A stretch of DNA of 64,000 bases, from the NCBI GenBank assembly GCA_019653755.1, contig BPCL01000005.1, forward strand, positions 4,071-68,070, in the 5' to 3' direction. The translations under genes and the position numbers were made by a program. Numbering within the stretch: the stretch's first letter is position 1; every line of letters begins with the position of its first letter. The notes beneath the pieces were generated by a model that saw only the letters and a program-made list of their open reading frames with translations, was not told where the DNA came from and did not search any database. This stretch comes from Woeseia sp. (lineage in GTDB: Bacteria; Pseudomonadota; Gammaproteobacteria; Steroidobacterales; UBA11654). Positions 43,329-54,304 of this stretch are shown piece by piece.

Positions 43329-44243
43329 TTTGAACACATTAGACATTGAAGAATTATGCAAATTGATTTTTTCAGGAGATCGAAAAGCCATTGCGACTGC
43401 CATTACTCTCGTTGAATCGACAAAACGTGAAGATCAAGATTCAACTAACCATCTATTAACCCTTTTAGAATCTCAACAAACACAGAGTATAAGAATTGGT
43501 ATTTCGGGTCCCCTGGAGTTGGAAAATCAACCTTCATTGAAGCCATTGGGCATTCGGTTCTAGAAAGTGATGAGCGATTAGCTATCCTTGCTATTGACCC
43601 AAGTTCAAGCATCAGTGGCGGGTCAATTCTTGGGGATAAAACAAGAATGGAATCTTTATCACGCAATGAAAACACTTTTATTAGGCCGTCTCCTTCAGGA
43701 GGGAATCTTGGTGGTGTGCATCGTTCCACTAGAGAATCTGTGAGTTCTTGAAGCAGCAGGGTACTCTGTTATTTGATAGAAACTGTCGGTGTCGGACAAG
43801 CTGAAACTGAAGTGTTCGAGATGACTGATGTCTTCCTCGTCCTCCTTAGTCCGGGTGGTGGTGACGAACTTCAAGGTATTAAACGTGGAATTATTGAGTT
43901 GGCTGATATCCTGGTTGTGAATAAAGCCGATGGTAACTTGGAAGCCACATCAAGAAGCACAGTATTGGATTACAAAAATGCACTTAAGCTTCTCAAACCA
44001 CGAATTCAAGGCTGGTCTGTTCCTGTTTTTCCATGTTCTGCATTAGAAAAGAATGGTATTGACCAAATTTGGGATAAGGTAAACAACTTAAAAGATCACT
44101 TGGTAAAAACAGGGCAACTTGAAAAAAATCGACTAGAACAACGTAAGATCTGGTTAAAAAATAAGAAGAAAAATCTTATACTATCTGCCATTGAAAGTGA
44201 CGAAGAACTGCTTGATAAGCTAGGTGAAAAAATAAAAGAATAG
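43318..44243 (+). CDS. meaB: methylmalonyl-CoA mutase-associated GTPase (MeaB/ArgK), about three frame breaks
   Basis: Fragment 43318..43563 ends at the P-loop (..IGISGP / with frame shift GVGKSTFIEA..). The middle frame reads LAILAIDPSSSISGGSILGDKTRM. Fragment 43773..44243 has ETVGVGQAE and VVNKADG. Confidence 0.8.
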
Positions 44244-44254
44244 AGAAAACAAAA

Positions 44255-44662
44255 ATGATTGGACGACTAAACCATATTGCGATTGCTGTACCAGACCTTG
44301 AGGAAGCTAGTAAGATTTATCGAGATACTTTAGGTGCAAAAGTTTCTGAACCAGTTCCTCTTCCTGAACATGGGGTGACCACTGTTTTTGTGGATCTCCC
44401 TAACACCAAAATAGAACTCATTGAACCCTTAGGTGAACAATCGCCCATTTCTGCATTTATAGAAAAACATCCCAAAGGTGGTATGCATCATTTGTGTTAC
44501 GAGGTTGACGATATCTATGATGCAAGAGACAGAATGATTGAGCTAGGTGCTACTATTGTAGGGACTGGCGAACCGTCCATTGGTGCTCACGATAAACCTG
44601 TAATTTTCATGCACCCCAAAGACTTTACAGGAACATTGATTGAGCTTGAACAAAAAGACTAA
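44255..44662 (+). CDS. mce: methylmalonyl-CoA epimerase (VOC/glyoxalase fold)
   Basis: 135 aa. MIGRLNHIAIAVPDLEEA.., ..KIELIEPLGE.SPI..F.., GGMHHLCYEVDDI.., ..IFMHPKDFTGTLIELEQ. Confidence 0.85.
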   Translation: MIGRLNHIAIAVPDLEEASKIYRDTLGAKVSEPVPLPEHGVTTVFVDLPNTKIELIEPLGEQSPISAFIEKHPKGGMHHLCYEVDDIYDARDRMIELGATIVGTGEPSIGAHDKPVIFMHPKDFTGTLIELEQKD

Positions 44663-44664
44663 TT

Positions 44665-46986
44665 CTAGAAACGATATCTAAGTTTGGCTGAGAAAACATT
44701 GCCCTCTGGTTCCTGCCAAGTGGTTCTATATATTTTAGAAGTGTCCGCCTCATCGTCAAAAAAGTAGCCACCGCCGCGTGTGTAGACGAGATAGAAATTT
44801 GAGAGAGCGTCAATTTCATATCGGTAACGCATTTGGAAAGCTAGCTTGCCTAAGTTAATACTATTTACGGCCTCCTCTTCACTAACTAAGAACCCGTTAC
44901 TATCAGCAAACCAACCTTTACCTTGCTGATTCCTAAAGGCAGTAGCTTCCAGTTTTATTTGTATTTCTTGATTACTGGTCGGGTACCATCGGCTACCTAA
45001 ATTGACACTGGTTCGCCGTTGCTTAAAAGTCCCGTAATGATTATCAGATAATCGATTTAACCAATTGGTTCTTGAGTGATGTCTGAAAAACATCCAAAAT
45101 CTGAGGTTATCTTGAGGGTTAAAATTTAAACCAACATTAATCTTTTTGTGATGATCTTTGAAAGCAAAGTAGTCATCTATTTCTGATTGGAGTCCAAAAC
45201 TATAGCCCCATTTTCCATTATTGTATCGAGGACTGCTGTAACCGAACTCAAAATTTGAGCCCGAACCAATTCTGATGAAAGGTGCGACAATACTGCCCCT
45301 AGGAATCTGATCATCTCTCCCTTCCCCTCTTGCAAAGACATTGAGGCTAATGGATGAAGTGCTCTTGAAGCCTTGCCTAAAAAAGAGGGTATAAAATTCG
45401 TTCAAATTATCGTTATCAGAGTTATTCTCATCCCAATAATCAAGATTGTAGGTTCGAAAATTTACATTTGAATCTTCTGGAAAGTCAGTTCTTAGATAGT
45501 TGAAGGATGTGCCCCAGGAAGCAAGATCGTTCCTCCACATATATCCCATATCATTGATATTAATGTCCTTATCAAAATAATAATATTCAGCACCAAATTT
45601 GAGTTCTTTAGATGGCCTGTAAGAGGCCATGGTTCTTGAGCCAAAACCACTGTCTTCACCACTGACATTAGACACCATAGACAGGTGCTCAACTTTTATC
45701 CCACTTTTTGGAACGTACTGATAATCAACTGCGCTAACTGTAGCTGATCTATCTAAAACATCGTTTTGATTATGAGTAGCCATATAGCCAAGCTTTTGAT
45801 CATCTCCAATTTTTCTAAGTGCCCTAAAAGCAAAAAAGTCTTCGCCTTTACTAAAGTCCTCGTCTTTCTCAAAAGCAGCGAAAACACCTATGTCTGTGGT
45901 TTCACCGAGTTGGGTGTATTTAATTGCAGTATCTATATCATTGACACTCTTGCGACTAGCTTCGCACTGCGATTCAAGTTCATCGCTCCCTCCCTCAAGT
46001 GCTGAGTATTTAGAACAATCATAATTAGGGCTATCGCCAATTCGCCTTGTATGAAAGATTGAATAAAGTTCAAAACCTGGATACCAATCCTCGCTAACAT
46101 CGAATAAAGATTGGCTTTGAGTAAAGAAAGGTCGCTTATCAGAATAAAATGTTTCTCTTGGAGAAAAATTGATCACCACATTATCGCTCTCAACTTGTCC
46201 AAAATCAGGGTTAATCGTCGCGCTTAATTCTCCACCGCGACCATTGTTATAAAAAATTTCAGCCCCTACATCATAAGAGGAGTCATCTTCAATAAAATCA
46301 TTGTTTGCAACCATATATGGTAAAAAATCTAAACGGGTTGGATTGGACTTAAACACTTCTATCTTCGGTAATCGTGAAAGAAATTTCTGTCTAGTTGAAC
46401 TAACTTTTGCAGACCCAAACCATTGATTTATATATCGTGCTTGCCTCCCTGTTAATAGCCTGATGGTTCTTTTTTCTCCTTTTTGCTCGTTCATTGGAAC
46501 CATGGTCCAAGGAACAAAGAACTCAGAATACCAATTCTCTTCGGACTCTGAAGTCTTGGCAAACCATTCACCATTCCAATCGCCGTCCATGCTGTTTTCA
46601 TTGGTGATAGTAAAATCAACCAAGGCATCACTGAGTGAGACTCCGAGTAAATAGCCCGTGTTACCTTTGTTATCAAAGTCAATGGCAATTGTATTTCTAT
46701 CAAAATCACCCATTAGATCATCTCTTCTATGGGTTCTTCGATCTCTAGTGTCGATGTCTTGAGCATTGATAAAACCGACATACAGACCCTCTTCGTTCGA
46801 ATAAACAAGTGCCTTAGTTTTCAAAGGTGCAGCCTCTAAACTGAACGGACTAACAACAAAAAATTCTTCTATTGTTTGTGCTTCCTGCCATTCTGGCTCA
46901 TCCAATACCCCATCGACTGTTATTTCAGCCATAACAGATGTTGAGAGCCCGCTTAAAATAATTATGATTGTGATAAATTTATGCAT
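44665..46986 (-). CDS. outer-membrane protein with an N-terminal CBM9-like domain and a large beta-barrel (DUF5916-like)
   Basis: 773 aa. Signal peptide MHKFITIIIILSGLSTSVMA, then ITVDGVLDEPEWQEAQTIEEF..(CBM9-like). The long region rich in alternating aromatic residues ends ..FSAKLRYRF (terminal Phe). Family name from memory. Confidence 0.55.
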   Translation of the reverse strand: MHKFITIIIILSGLSTSVMAEITVDGVLDEPEWQEAQTIEEFFVVSPFSLEAAPLKTKALVYSNEEGLYVGFINAQDIDTRDRRTHRRDDLMGDFDRNTIAIDFDNKGNTGYLLGVSLSDALVDFTITNENSMDGDWNGEWFAKTSESEENWYSEFFVPWTMVPMNEQKGEKRTIRLLTGRQARYINQWFGSAKVSSTRQKFLSRLPKIEVFKSNPTRLDFLPYMVANNDFIEDDSSYDVGAEIFYNNGRGGELSATINPDFGQVESDNVVINFSPRETFYSDKRPFFTQSQSLFDVSEDWYPGFELYSIFHTRRIGDSPNYDCSKYSALEGGSDELESQCEASRKSVNDIDTAIKYTQLGETTDIGVFAAFEKDEDFSKGEDFFAFRALRKIGDDQKLGYMATHNQNDVLDRSATVSAVDYQYVPKSGIKVEHLSMVSNVSGEDSGFGSRTMASYRPSKELKFGAEYYYFDKDININDMGYMWRNDLASWGTSFNYLRTDFPEDSNVNFRTYNLDYWDENNSDNDNLNEFYTLFFRQGFKSTSSISLNVFARGEGRDDQIPRGSIVAPFIRIGSGSNFEFGYSSPRYNNGKWGYSFGLQSEIDDYFAFKDHHKKINVGLNFNPQDNLRFWMFFRHHSRTNWLNRLSDNHYGTFKQRRTSVNLGSRWYPTSNQEIQIKLEATAFRNQQGKGWFADSNGFLVSEEEAVNSINLGKLAFQMRYRYEIDALSNFYLVYTRGGGYFFDDEADTSKIYRTTWQEPEGNVFSAKLRYRF

Positions 46987-47952
46987 TACCTAAACTATTC
47001 GCAGTTTCATTGATTGTGGATGAATTGATGGCAGCATAATAACTCATTTCACGCTTAAAACCTCTAAAGTTTTTCTTAGTTATTGCTTCTAAATTTGGTC
47101 TTTTGTCATTAGCCTCTTCTCCTCCACCTATCCCGCCTCCAAACTCAACAATGGTGTCAATGGCAGAATTAACTGAAGTTCTCATACAACCTAACCAATC
47201 CACAGTCTTATATAACTGATGAAATAAAAGATCAGCTGTTTCGCTTCCAGACTCCTTGTGAACTTTGGTTGAATAATTGGATAACACTGGTGTTTTCATT
47301 GTGAAAAATTAGTTACTGATAGTGTTTTCTTAAACTCTTCAGCTGCAACCATCATCAAATCTGTATGAAAGGCGCCTTCAGTATCTAGCTTAACGGTTCT
47401 CTTCTTTGGATAAAGTTTAGAAATGCCCTCTTGGAGAGAGGCTATGTTGGAATCTGTGCCGCCCACAACCGTTTGCTGCTCCAAATTAATCGTGGCCACT
47501 TGGCAATCATATTCTTCTGCTAGAGATGCACTTTCTTCATAATTAAATGGCAGAGCCAACATGGATCCCTCACCGTGTGCTCCCATCAATTGACCGCGTC
47601 GACTCACAAGCTTTAATCCATCCTCAAAACTGATGCATCCTGAGGTAACCAAAGCAGCGTATTCACCTAAGCTATGTCCAGCCATTAACTTCGGCTTTAA
47701 ATGATTCTCAGTTAATTGATTAAACACAGCCAAGCAAGCTATTTGGTGGGTTAATAATACCGGTTGAGTAAATTCTGTTAGGCTGATCTTGTGATCTTCA
47801 TCGTTGAATGACAATTTGACAATATCATAACCTAAAATCTCATTGGCCTGATCATAAAGATCTCTAGCTATATCAAATTCAGAGTACAAATCCTTGCCAA
47901 TACCTTTGTATTGTGATCCCTGACCTGGAAATATATACATAATCTCAGCCAT
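46979..47952 (-). CDS. malonyl-CoA:ACP transacylase-like acyltransferase (FabD paralog), one frame break
   Basis: FPGQGSQYKG and the active-site GHSLGEYAAL in fragment 47296..47952. The protein continues (..NFSQ / KTPVLSNY..) in fragment 46979..47299. The C-terminal ~70 aa diverge from typical FabD. It is not in a fab cluster, and its stop overlaps the next gene's start by 8 nt. Confidence 0.7.
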
Positions 47953-48123
47953 CTATTCCCCAAATTATATAGTGAAATTTTCAGCCATTATGACTTATAA
48001 AGGATTAAAAACAATAATAAAGTCGATATTTTATTAGCATTGAACGTAACTTTTTGTAACGATGGAGATCCAGAAATCTATATCGTAATATTATCTACAT
48101 TCAAATCATTAGAGGTACAAGAA

Positions 48124-49296
48124 TTGAGCAATAAACATATAGCTATTATTGGGGCAGGAATTGGGGGAATGACTGCAGCTGTAACCCTTGCTAAGAAGGG
48201 AGTAAAAGTCAGTATTTTTGAGCAAGCCCCAGAACTAAGTGAAGTCGGCGCAGGACTTACAATTACGCCTAACGCAACTAAAGGTCTGATGTATCTTGGC
48301 CTTGAAAAACAAATGAAAGAAGTGGGCATGGCTCATAGACAACAGGGGGTTAGGCACTTTGAAACAGGTGAAATGATAGTGCCGCTAGAACGTGGTGAGA
48401 AGATGCTAGAGAAATACGGAGCCTATCAGTTTCAGGCTCATCGAGCAGATGTGCATAATGTGCTGATTGACGAATTAAAATTGCACAATTCCAATACAAT
48501 TTACACTGATCATGAACTCATTGATCTTAACGAAAAAAATAATAGTGTTGAATTAGTTTTCAGTAATAACGAAACCCATGAGGTTGATTTTGTCATTGGA
48601 GCTGATGGCAATAGGTCAGTAGTTAGAAAAATAATTCTAGGAGATGACGATCCACAATTTGCCGGTTATGTGGCCTGGAGAGGTCTGGTCCCAGTTGAAC
48701 TCCTTGGTGAGGACGATTTTGATGAATGTGGGTCTTCTGCCTTTATAGCGCCTGGTCGAGTCTTTGCTAGATATCTAGTTCGCAATGGTGAGCTTTATAA
48801 TTATGTGGCCTTTCTAGCAACTGATGAATGGGCAGAAGAAGGATGGGCTATCCCTTCAAAAGTTGATATCGTCATGGATATTTTCTCTGACTATAACCAA
48901 CAGGTAAAAAATATTATTGCTGCAACGCCAGCTAAAGATCTTTTTAAGTGGGGTATTTTTGCTCGAGAACCTGTGTCTAAATGGTCAACTAAAAATATAA
49001 CTCTTCTAGGTGATGCCGCCCACCCCTTGGAGCCTTTCATGGGACAAGGAGCTAGTCTTGCGATTGAGGATGGTGTGGTTTTAGGAAGAATAATAGAGGA
49101 TTCAGATAGCTCAGATGAGATTGTATCTAGATACGAGTCAGCTAGAGTTGAGCGAGCTCATTTTGTTACAGAACATTCAAAACGTGCTGGGGCCAGATTC
49201 ACAGGAATAGATCCTGAAAAATACACAAAAGAAGAACATAAAAATGAAGAAGAGCTGGGTCTTTTTAATTATCACCCAGGAGATGTTATAGTTTAG
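48124..49296 (+). CDS. FAD-dependent aromatic-ring monooxygenase (salicylate/3-hydroxybenzoate hydroxylase-like)
   Basis: HIAIIGAGIGGMTAAVTLAKKGVKVSIFEQ (GxGxxG), ..GADGNRSVVR.., ..LLGDAAHPLEPFMGQGASLAIEDG... The track ORF starts at TTG 48040, but TTG 48124 (preceded by GAGGT) places the Rossmann fold at the N-terminus. Confidence 0.75.
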   Translation: MSNKHIAIIGAGIGGMTAAVTLAKKGVKVSIFEQAPELSEVGAGLTITPNATKGLMYLGLEKQMKEVGMAHRQQGVRHFETGEMIVPLERGEKMLEKYGAYQFQAHRADVHNVLIDELKLHNSNTIYTDHELIDLNEKNNSVELVFSNNETHEVDFVIGADGNRSVVRKIILGDDDPQFAGYVAWRGLVPVELLGEDDFDECGSSAFIAPGRVFARYLVRNGELYNYVAFLATDEWAEEGWAIPSKVDIVMDIFSDYNQQVKNIIAATPAKDLFKWGIFAREPVSKWSTKNITLLGDAAHPLEPFMGQGASLAIEDGVVLGRIIEDSDSSDEIVSRYESARVERAHFVTEHSKRAGARFTGIDPEKYTKEEHKNEEELGLFNYHPGDVIV

Positions 49297-49320
49297 CCGT
49301 GATTACTCTAGAGGAATATA

Positions 49321-50484
49321 ATGTTTATCAATTTTTGGTATGTGGCTGATGAAAGCAAAAACATAACTGATAAACCAGTTAAAAAAATGATGCTGGGGCA
49401 GAACTTTGTCCTTTTTAGGGATTCCAAAGGTAAAGTTCACTGCCTTAGTGATGTTTGCATTCATCGAGGCGGTTCACTATCTGGCGGTAAAATTGTTAAA
49501 GACTGTGTGCAGTGTCCTTATCATGGTTGGCAGTTTAATGGGGCTGGGAAATGTCAACAAATTCCATCTCTGGGCAAGAATGCAAAAATTCCTTCCAGAG
49601 CTAAAATTGATTCGTATCCCACAAAAGAGGTCTATGGACTGGTCTTCTGCTTCTTAGGTGATGTCCCAGAAAAAGAACGATGTCCAATCATGAAAGTTGG
49701 TGAGTACGAACAAGAGGGTGGCGAACGACAATGCAGTATTTTCAATTTGATATTGATTATAAGCGATCAATAGAAAACGGTATCGATGGTGCTCATAATG
49801 AATTTGTTCATCCTACGCATGGATTTTCTGGTGAAGACGAGGAATACAAGTCACCACCGATAGATATGAAGTCAACAAAATGGGGGACAGGGTTTTGGAG
49901 TAAGATGTACGCTCCTCCTTTGAAGGAAAAAAAGATGCGAGAAGCATCAGGTCGAGATAAAAATGCTGTGATGGAGGCTGGCACAGGCCACCATGGTATC
50001 TCAATGCTATGGACACATATCCACCCTACTGCACAAGTTTTTATTCATCAATATATGTACGAAACACCCATAGATGAAGACCGCACTAACCTCTATTTGA
50101 TTAATACAAGAAACTTTTTAACCTGATCCCGAGCACGATGAAACAGTCATGGAAAGAAATCAGGTCGTTGCCTTTCAGGATAGAGATGTCTTATCAGGTC
50201 TGCATCCACCACTAACCCCTGAAACAACTAAAAATGAATTCTTTGTCACTATGGATAAGCCAATAAAACGCTATCGAGATCTCCTGGATGACTGGGAAAA
50301 CAAAGGCTGGAGAATTAATAGTGAAGAGGTAAGGAAAAATCAAAAAACACATGCCTATGCTATCCCTAGTCCCGCAAGAAGGAGGAGTAAGGGCTGGGTT
50401 CTTGACTCTATCCCTTTGATAAAACATAATTTTGAAGAAAATTATTTTATCTCAGTTACATTTAGTTACGATTTAACATCTTAA
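49321..50484 (+). CDS. Rieske [2Fe-2S] non-haem-iron oxygenase, copy 1, two frame breaks
   Basis: Rieske ligands CIHRGGSL...CPYHGWQF. Mononuclear-iron motif ENGIDGAHNEFVHPTH. Fragments 49321..49773, 49731..50126 and 50149..50484. Colinear with copy 2. Confidence 0.7.
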
Positions 50485-50542
50485 AAAAAGATTAATATCG
50501 TCATAAAATTTTCAGTTAGTCGAAAATTAAAAGCTATTTAAT

Positions 50543-51665
50543 ATGTATATTAATTTCTGGTACCCAGTCTGTTTAAGCAAAGAACTTAAAGATAAACCCT
50601 TTAAGGCGACAATTCTTGGTCTTGATTTTGTGGCTTTTAGAGACAGCAAAGGGGAAGCGCACTGCTTAAGTGATGTTTGCTGTCACCGTGGAGGTTCATT
50701 GGCTGGAGGTCTATGTCACAGTGAAGATGATACAATTGCCTGCCCTTATCATGGTTGGCGCTTCAAGGGGTTCTGGTAAATGCACACAGATTCCATCGTT
50801 AGGCCCAGGCAGTAAAATCCCAGCTAGAGCCAAAGTTGATAGTTACCCTGTTGAAGAAAGGTACGGCATTGTCTTTGCTTTTTTAGGTGACGATTCTGAA
50901 GATGAACGATCACCTCTTTATGAAATAGAAGAATTTGAAGCCGAAGGATGGCGAGCAAATAAAACCGTTATTATTGATATCAACTATAATTATGAACGCT
51001 CTATAGAAAACGGGTTGGATCCTGCTCACAATGAATTTATTCATCCTACTCATGGCTTTGAAGGCACAAAAAATGATTACAAAGTTAATCCCACGCAAAT
51101 TACTGATCATGAATGGGGAGCAGACTTTGCACAAGTCTTTGATGCGCCCCCACTGGATAAAGATGTTTACGGTGACACTGCACGAGAAGAATCGGGAGAA
51201 TTAACTGTCTTTGGTGGCTATCATGGGCCCAATACATTAATCACTCAAATCCACACAAAAAAAGATATCAATTGGTTTCATCAATATTTCTTTGAGCAAC
51301 CTGTGAATCAATTTAAGACCAGGATTTTCTTCGTAAATATGCGAAATTGGATTATGGATGAAAAAATGGACGATATGGTGATGGAACGAAATATGGTTAT
51401 CGCCAATGAAGACATTGCGGTAATGACAGACCTTAGGCCTGTGGTTACACCTCCTGTTAAAACTAAGGAGATCATGGTTCCAGCTGATTTAATTATCGGT
51501 AATTACAGGAAAACTTTGGAGGGGTTTAAAAATAAAGGCTACAAAATTGATGTGAAAAAATTCAAGGAAGAACAACATGAAACCGCGTTTGCCATTCCCA
51601 GCCCAGACAGAAAGACAGAAAAAAACTGGGTGCTTGACCCCATTCCATTGGTTAACGGAAAATAA
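50543..51665 (+). CDS. Rieske [2Fe-2S] non-haem-iron oxygenase, copy 2, one frame break
   Basis: CCHRGGSL...CPYHGWRF, ENGLDPAHNEFIHPTH. Fragments 50543..50779 and 50670..51665 join near 50768 (..RFKG / SGKCTQIPSLG). Confidence 0.75.
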
Positions 51666-51673
51666 TAAGAGAT

Positions 51674-52426
51674 TTACTGAGCTGATAAACCGCCATCAAT
51701 AACTAGCTCACTTCCAGTTATTAATTTTGATTCATCTGAAGCAAGAAACAATATTGCATTAGCTACATCGCCAACATCTGCAAGACTTCTTGCAGGGATC
51801 TGTCGTTCTATTTTACCTATTAATTCATCGCTTGGGTCTGCAAAGAATGATTTCATCATTTCAGTTTTAGCAAAAACAGGGTGGATACTATTGCATCGAA
51901 CCAACTTAGTTGTTCTAGCACAGTGTAGGGCAACTGATTTTGAAAGATGCCTTACTCCTGCTTTAGCACTGTTATAAGCAGCAAAATTATGTCCTGCAAC
52001 TATTCCAGATATTGATGAAACATTAACAATAGATCCGTTTCCTGAATCTCTCATAAGAGGAATTGCGTATTTACAGCCGTAGAAGACAGAGTCTAAATCA
52101 ACCTTATGAACCAAATCCCACTCCTCGATCGTCGTGGCCTCTACATCAGCCATGAAACCAATTCCGGCATTGTTAACCAATATGTTGAGTTTGCTTTCAT
52201 TGACCTTAATATGATCAATAACTTTTTCCCAATCTTCTGTTTTGGTGACGTCATGACTGACAAAATTCACGCCAAGTTCTTCTGCAACTTTTTTTCCGCC
52301 CTCTTCATTGATATCTGAAATATAAACCACCGCACCTTCAGCATTAAAAACTTCTGCAGTTTTTTTTCCAAAACCTGAAGCGCCTCCTGTTATAAGAGCA
52401 ACCTTGTCTTTTAACCTATTAGCCAT
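51674..52426 (-). CDS. classical SDR oxidoreductase (3-oxoacyl-ACP reductase / hydroxysteroid dehydrogenase-like)
   Basis: 250 aa. KVALITGGASGFGK (TGxxxGxG), NNAG, S...YNSAKAG (YxxxK). Confidence 0.8.
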   Translation of the reverse strand: MANRLKDKVALITGGASGFGKKTAEVFNAEGAVVYISDINEEGGKKVAEELGVNFVSHDVTKTEDWEKVIDHIKVNESKLNILVNNAGIGFMADVEATTIEEWDLVHKVDLDSVFYGCKYAIPLMRDSGNGSIVNVSSISGIVAGHNFAAYNSAKAGVRHLSKSVALHCARTTKLVRCNSIHPVFAKTEMMKSFFADPSDELIGKIERQIPARSLADVGDVANAILFLASDESKLITGSELVIDGGLSAQ

Positions 52427-52531
52427 AATTTTTTTAAGTTGTTAAAATTGAGAGCACATTATAACTTCATAAAGCCCAAAAAAAATAAAAAGCACTTTAA
52501 AAAAACTTAATACCTGTCAAACGAATTACCC

Positions 52532-54214
52532 ATGAATCAAATAAAAACTGAATATTGCACTATAAAAAGTCATTGGGGAAACAGGCAAGTAAGATTCCTA
52601 ATTGCTGGTTCAGGACCTATAATATTTCTTCTCCATCAATCTCCCAAATCGGCTGATGAATATAGGCCACAGATTGAAGAATGGAGTAAGGACTTTACAA
52701 TTATCGCACCCGACACACCTGGATACGGTGACTCAGATGTTCTTGAAACAGATAAAGTAACAATAGAAAAAATTGCCCAGGCAAACATTGAACTTGCTGA
52801 CACCTTAAACATTAAAGAATTCGGACTATATGGTTTTCATACTGGGGCAATTATCTCTATTGCAATGGGTCATCATTATCCTGATCGAGTGAAAGCGATT
52901 GCTTGTAATGGGGTTTTTGGTTTTGACCGATAGTGAACTAGAGAATATAAGGCAACACTATTTACCGCCATATACACCCCAATGGGATGGAAGTCATCTA
53001 TCCTTTGGGTATGGTCAAGAATGAGGGAACAGCTGATCTTCTTTCCTTGGCATGAAAGAAAAGAAGCAGCCAGAATGAGATTTGATATTTCATCTCCAGA
53101 AATATTGCATGAGAATTCGATTGAGATTATGCGTGCTGGAGATAAATACCGACAAGCCTATGGAGCTGCCTTTGAATATAGACTTGAAAAATTTGTCCCA
53201 GAGTTGACTGTACCTGCATTAATTACTGCTGGTGTATCAGACCCCTTGAGTAAGTGCTTGGAAGAACTAACACCTTCTGATTCGGTATCAATTGAAACTT
53301 CAAACACACATGAAGAAGCTTTAGAAAAATCTAAAGGAATCCTTTTAAAACATCCCGCTGAAGCTAGCCCTTCATTGCAGTCACCAATAATTAATAATGG
53401 TAAATTTACAAAATCAATTTTTCATTCAACACAGGGGGATATAAAAATTGAAAAGAATTTTGATACAAACAATAACCCATTGTTTTGTCTTCACTCTGCG
53501 GGTGGCTCCTCGAAAACAATTAAATTTCTAACTGAATCAATTGATAAAAAAATTGATATTTGTTCAATTGATCTGCCGGGGCATGGGGAATCAGATAAAA
53601 AATTAATAGAAACGAATTGTGTTAAAACGCACACAGATATAATTTCGCAAATTATAGAACATGAAAGCTTTAATGAACTAATGATAATGGCTTTTCAGAC
53701 AAGTTGCGCCTCAGCGCTTGATGCAGCAAAGAATATCGCTGTTGACATGAAAAAAATTATTCTTATTGAGCCTTGGATTTTAGGCGATCAGGAAGTGAGT
53801 GATTATATTGATAACGGAATACCACTAATAAAGCCTGATTGGTCAGGAGGACATCTTCAAAGCTATTGGCATATGGTCAGAGACTCTAGACTATTTTGGC
53901 CTTGGTACAACAGAACTATCTCTGGAATCATTGAAGGAACACCTGATTTAGAGGAAAAACAATTAGATATCGAGGTCACAGAATTAATTAGATCTGAGGG
54001 TTATTGGCAACAAACTATTAAAGACCAATTGACCTATCCGACTAAAAATTGCCTACTTGAGATTGATTATCCAATTCTTATCTTGTCTCGAGAATCGCAT
54101 CCTCTAAAAAATACCTATGTTGAAATTGGAAAGAATCTTAAAAATGCTACCTATCTTTCTCTGGAAAATAATCCTGAAACCTGGGGTTTGACTGTTACAA
54201 AATGCATCTTGTAA
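52532..54214 (+). CDS. protein with two tandem alpha/beta-hydrolase-fold domains and non-canonical nucleophile elbows, about two frame breaks
   Basis: Domain 1: IIFLLHQSPKS..IAPDTPGYGDSD..FGLYGFHTGAIISIAMG. Domain 2: LFCLHSAGGSS..IDLPGHGESD..LMIMAFQTSCASALDAA. Fragments 52532..52933 and 52982..54214 are linked through a third frame reading ..DSELENIRQHYLPPYTPQWDGSHLS.. Confidence 0.6.
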
Positions 54215-54304
54215 GATTATAAAAGGTTACATTTAGTTACTTGTTATCCATAATTTTTTTAGTCAGACTTACACATTAGTCTTATTCTTATCAAAGGAAT
54301 CTCA

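Noticed and set aside
43773-44243. My codon-by-codon reading of this meaBfragment disagreed with the ORF-track coordinates by one base. I placed the TTG start at 43774 and counted one A fewer in the A-run around 44157..44161.
   Set aside because: Neighbouring ORF coordinates (43318, 43729, 44255, 44665) all check out, so this is most likely my own counting error in homopolymers. It is recorded as a warning that the exact positions and run lengths I give for frame breaks are approximate, within a few nt.
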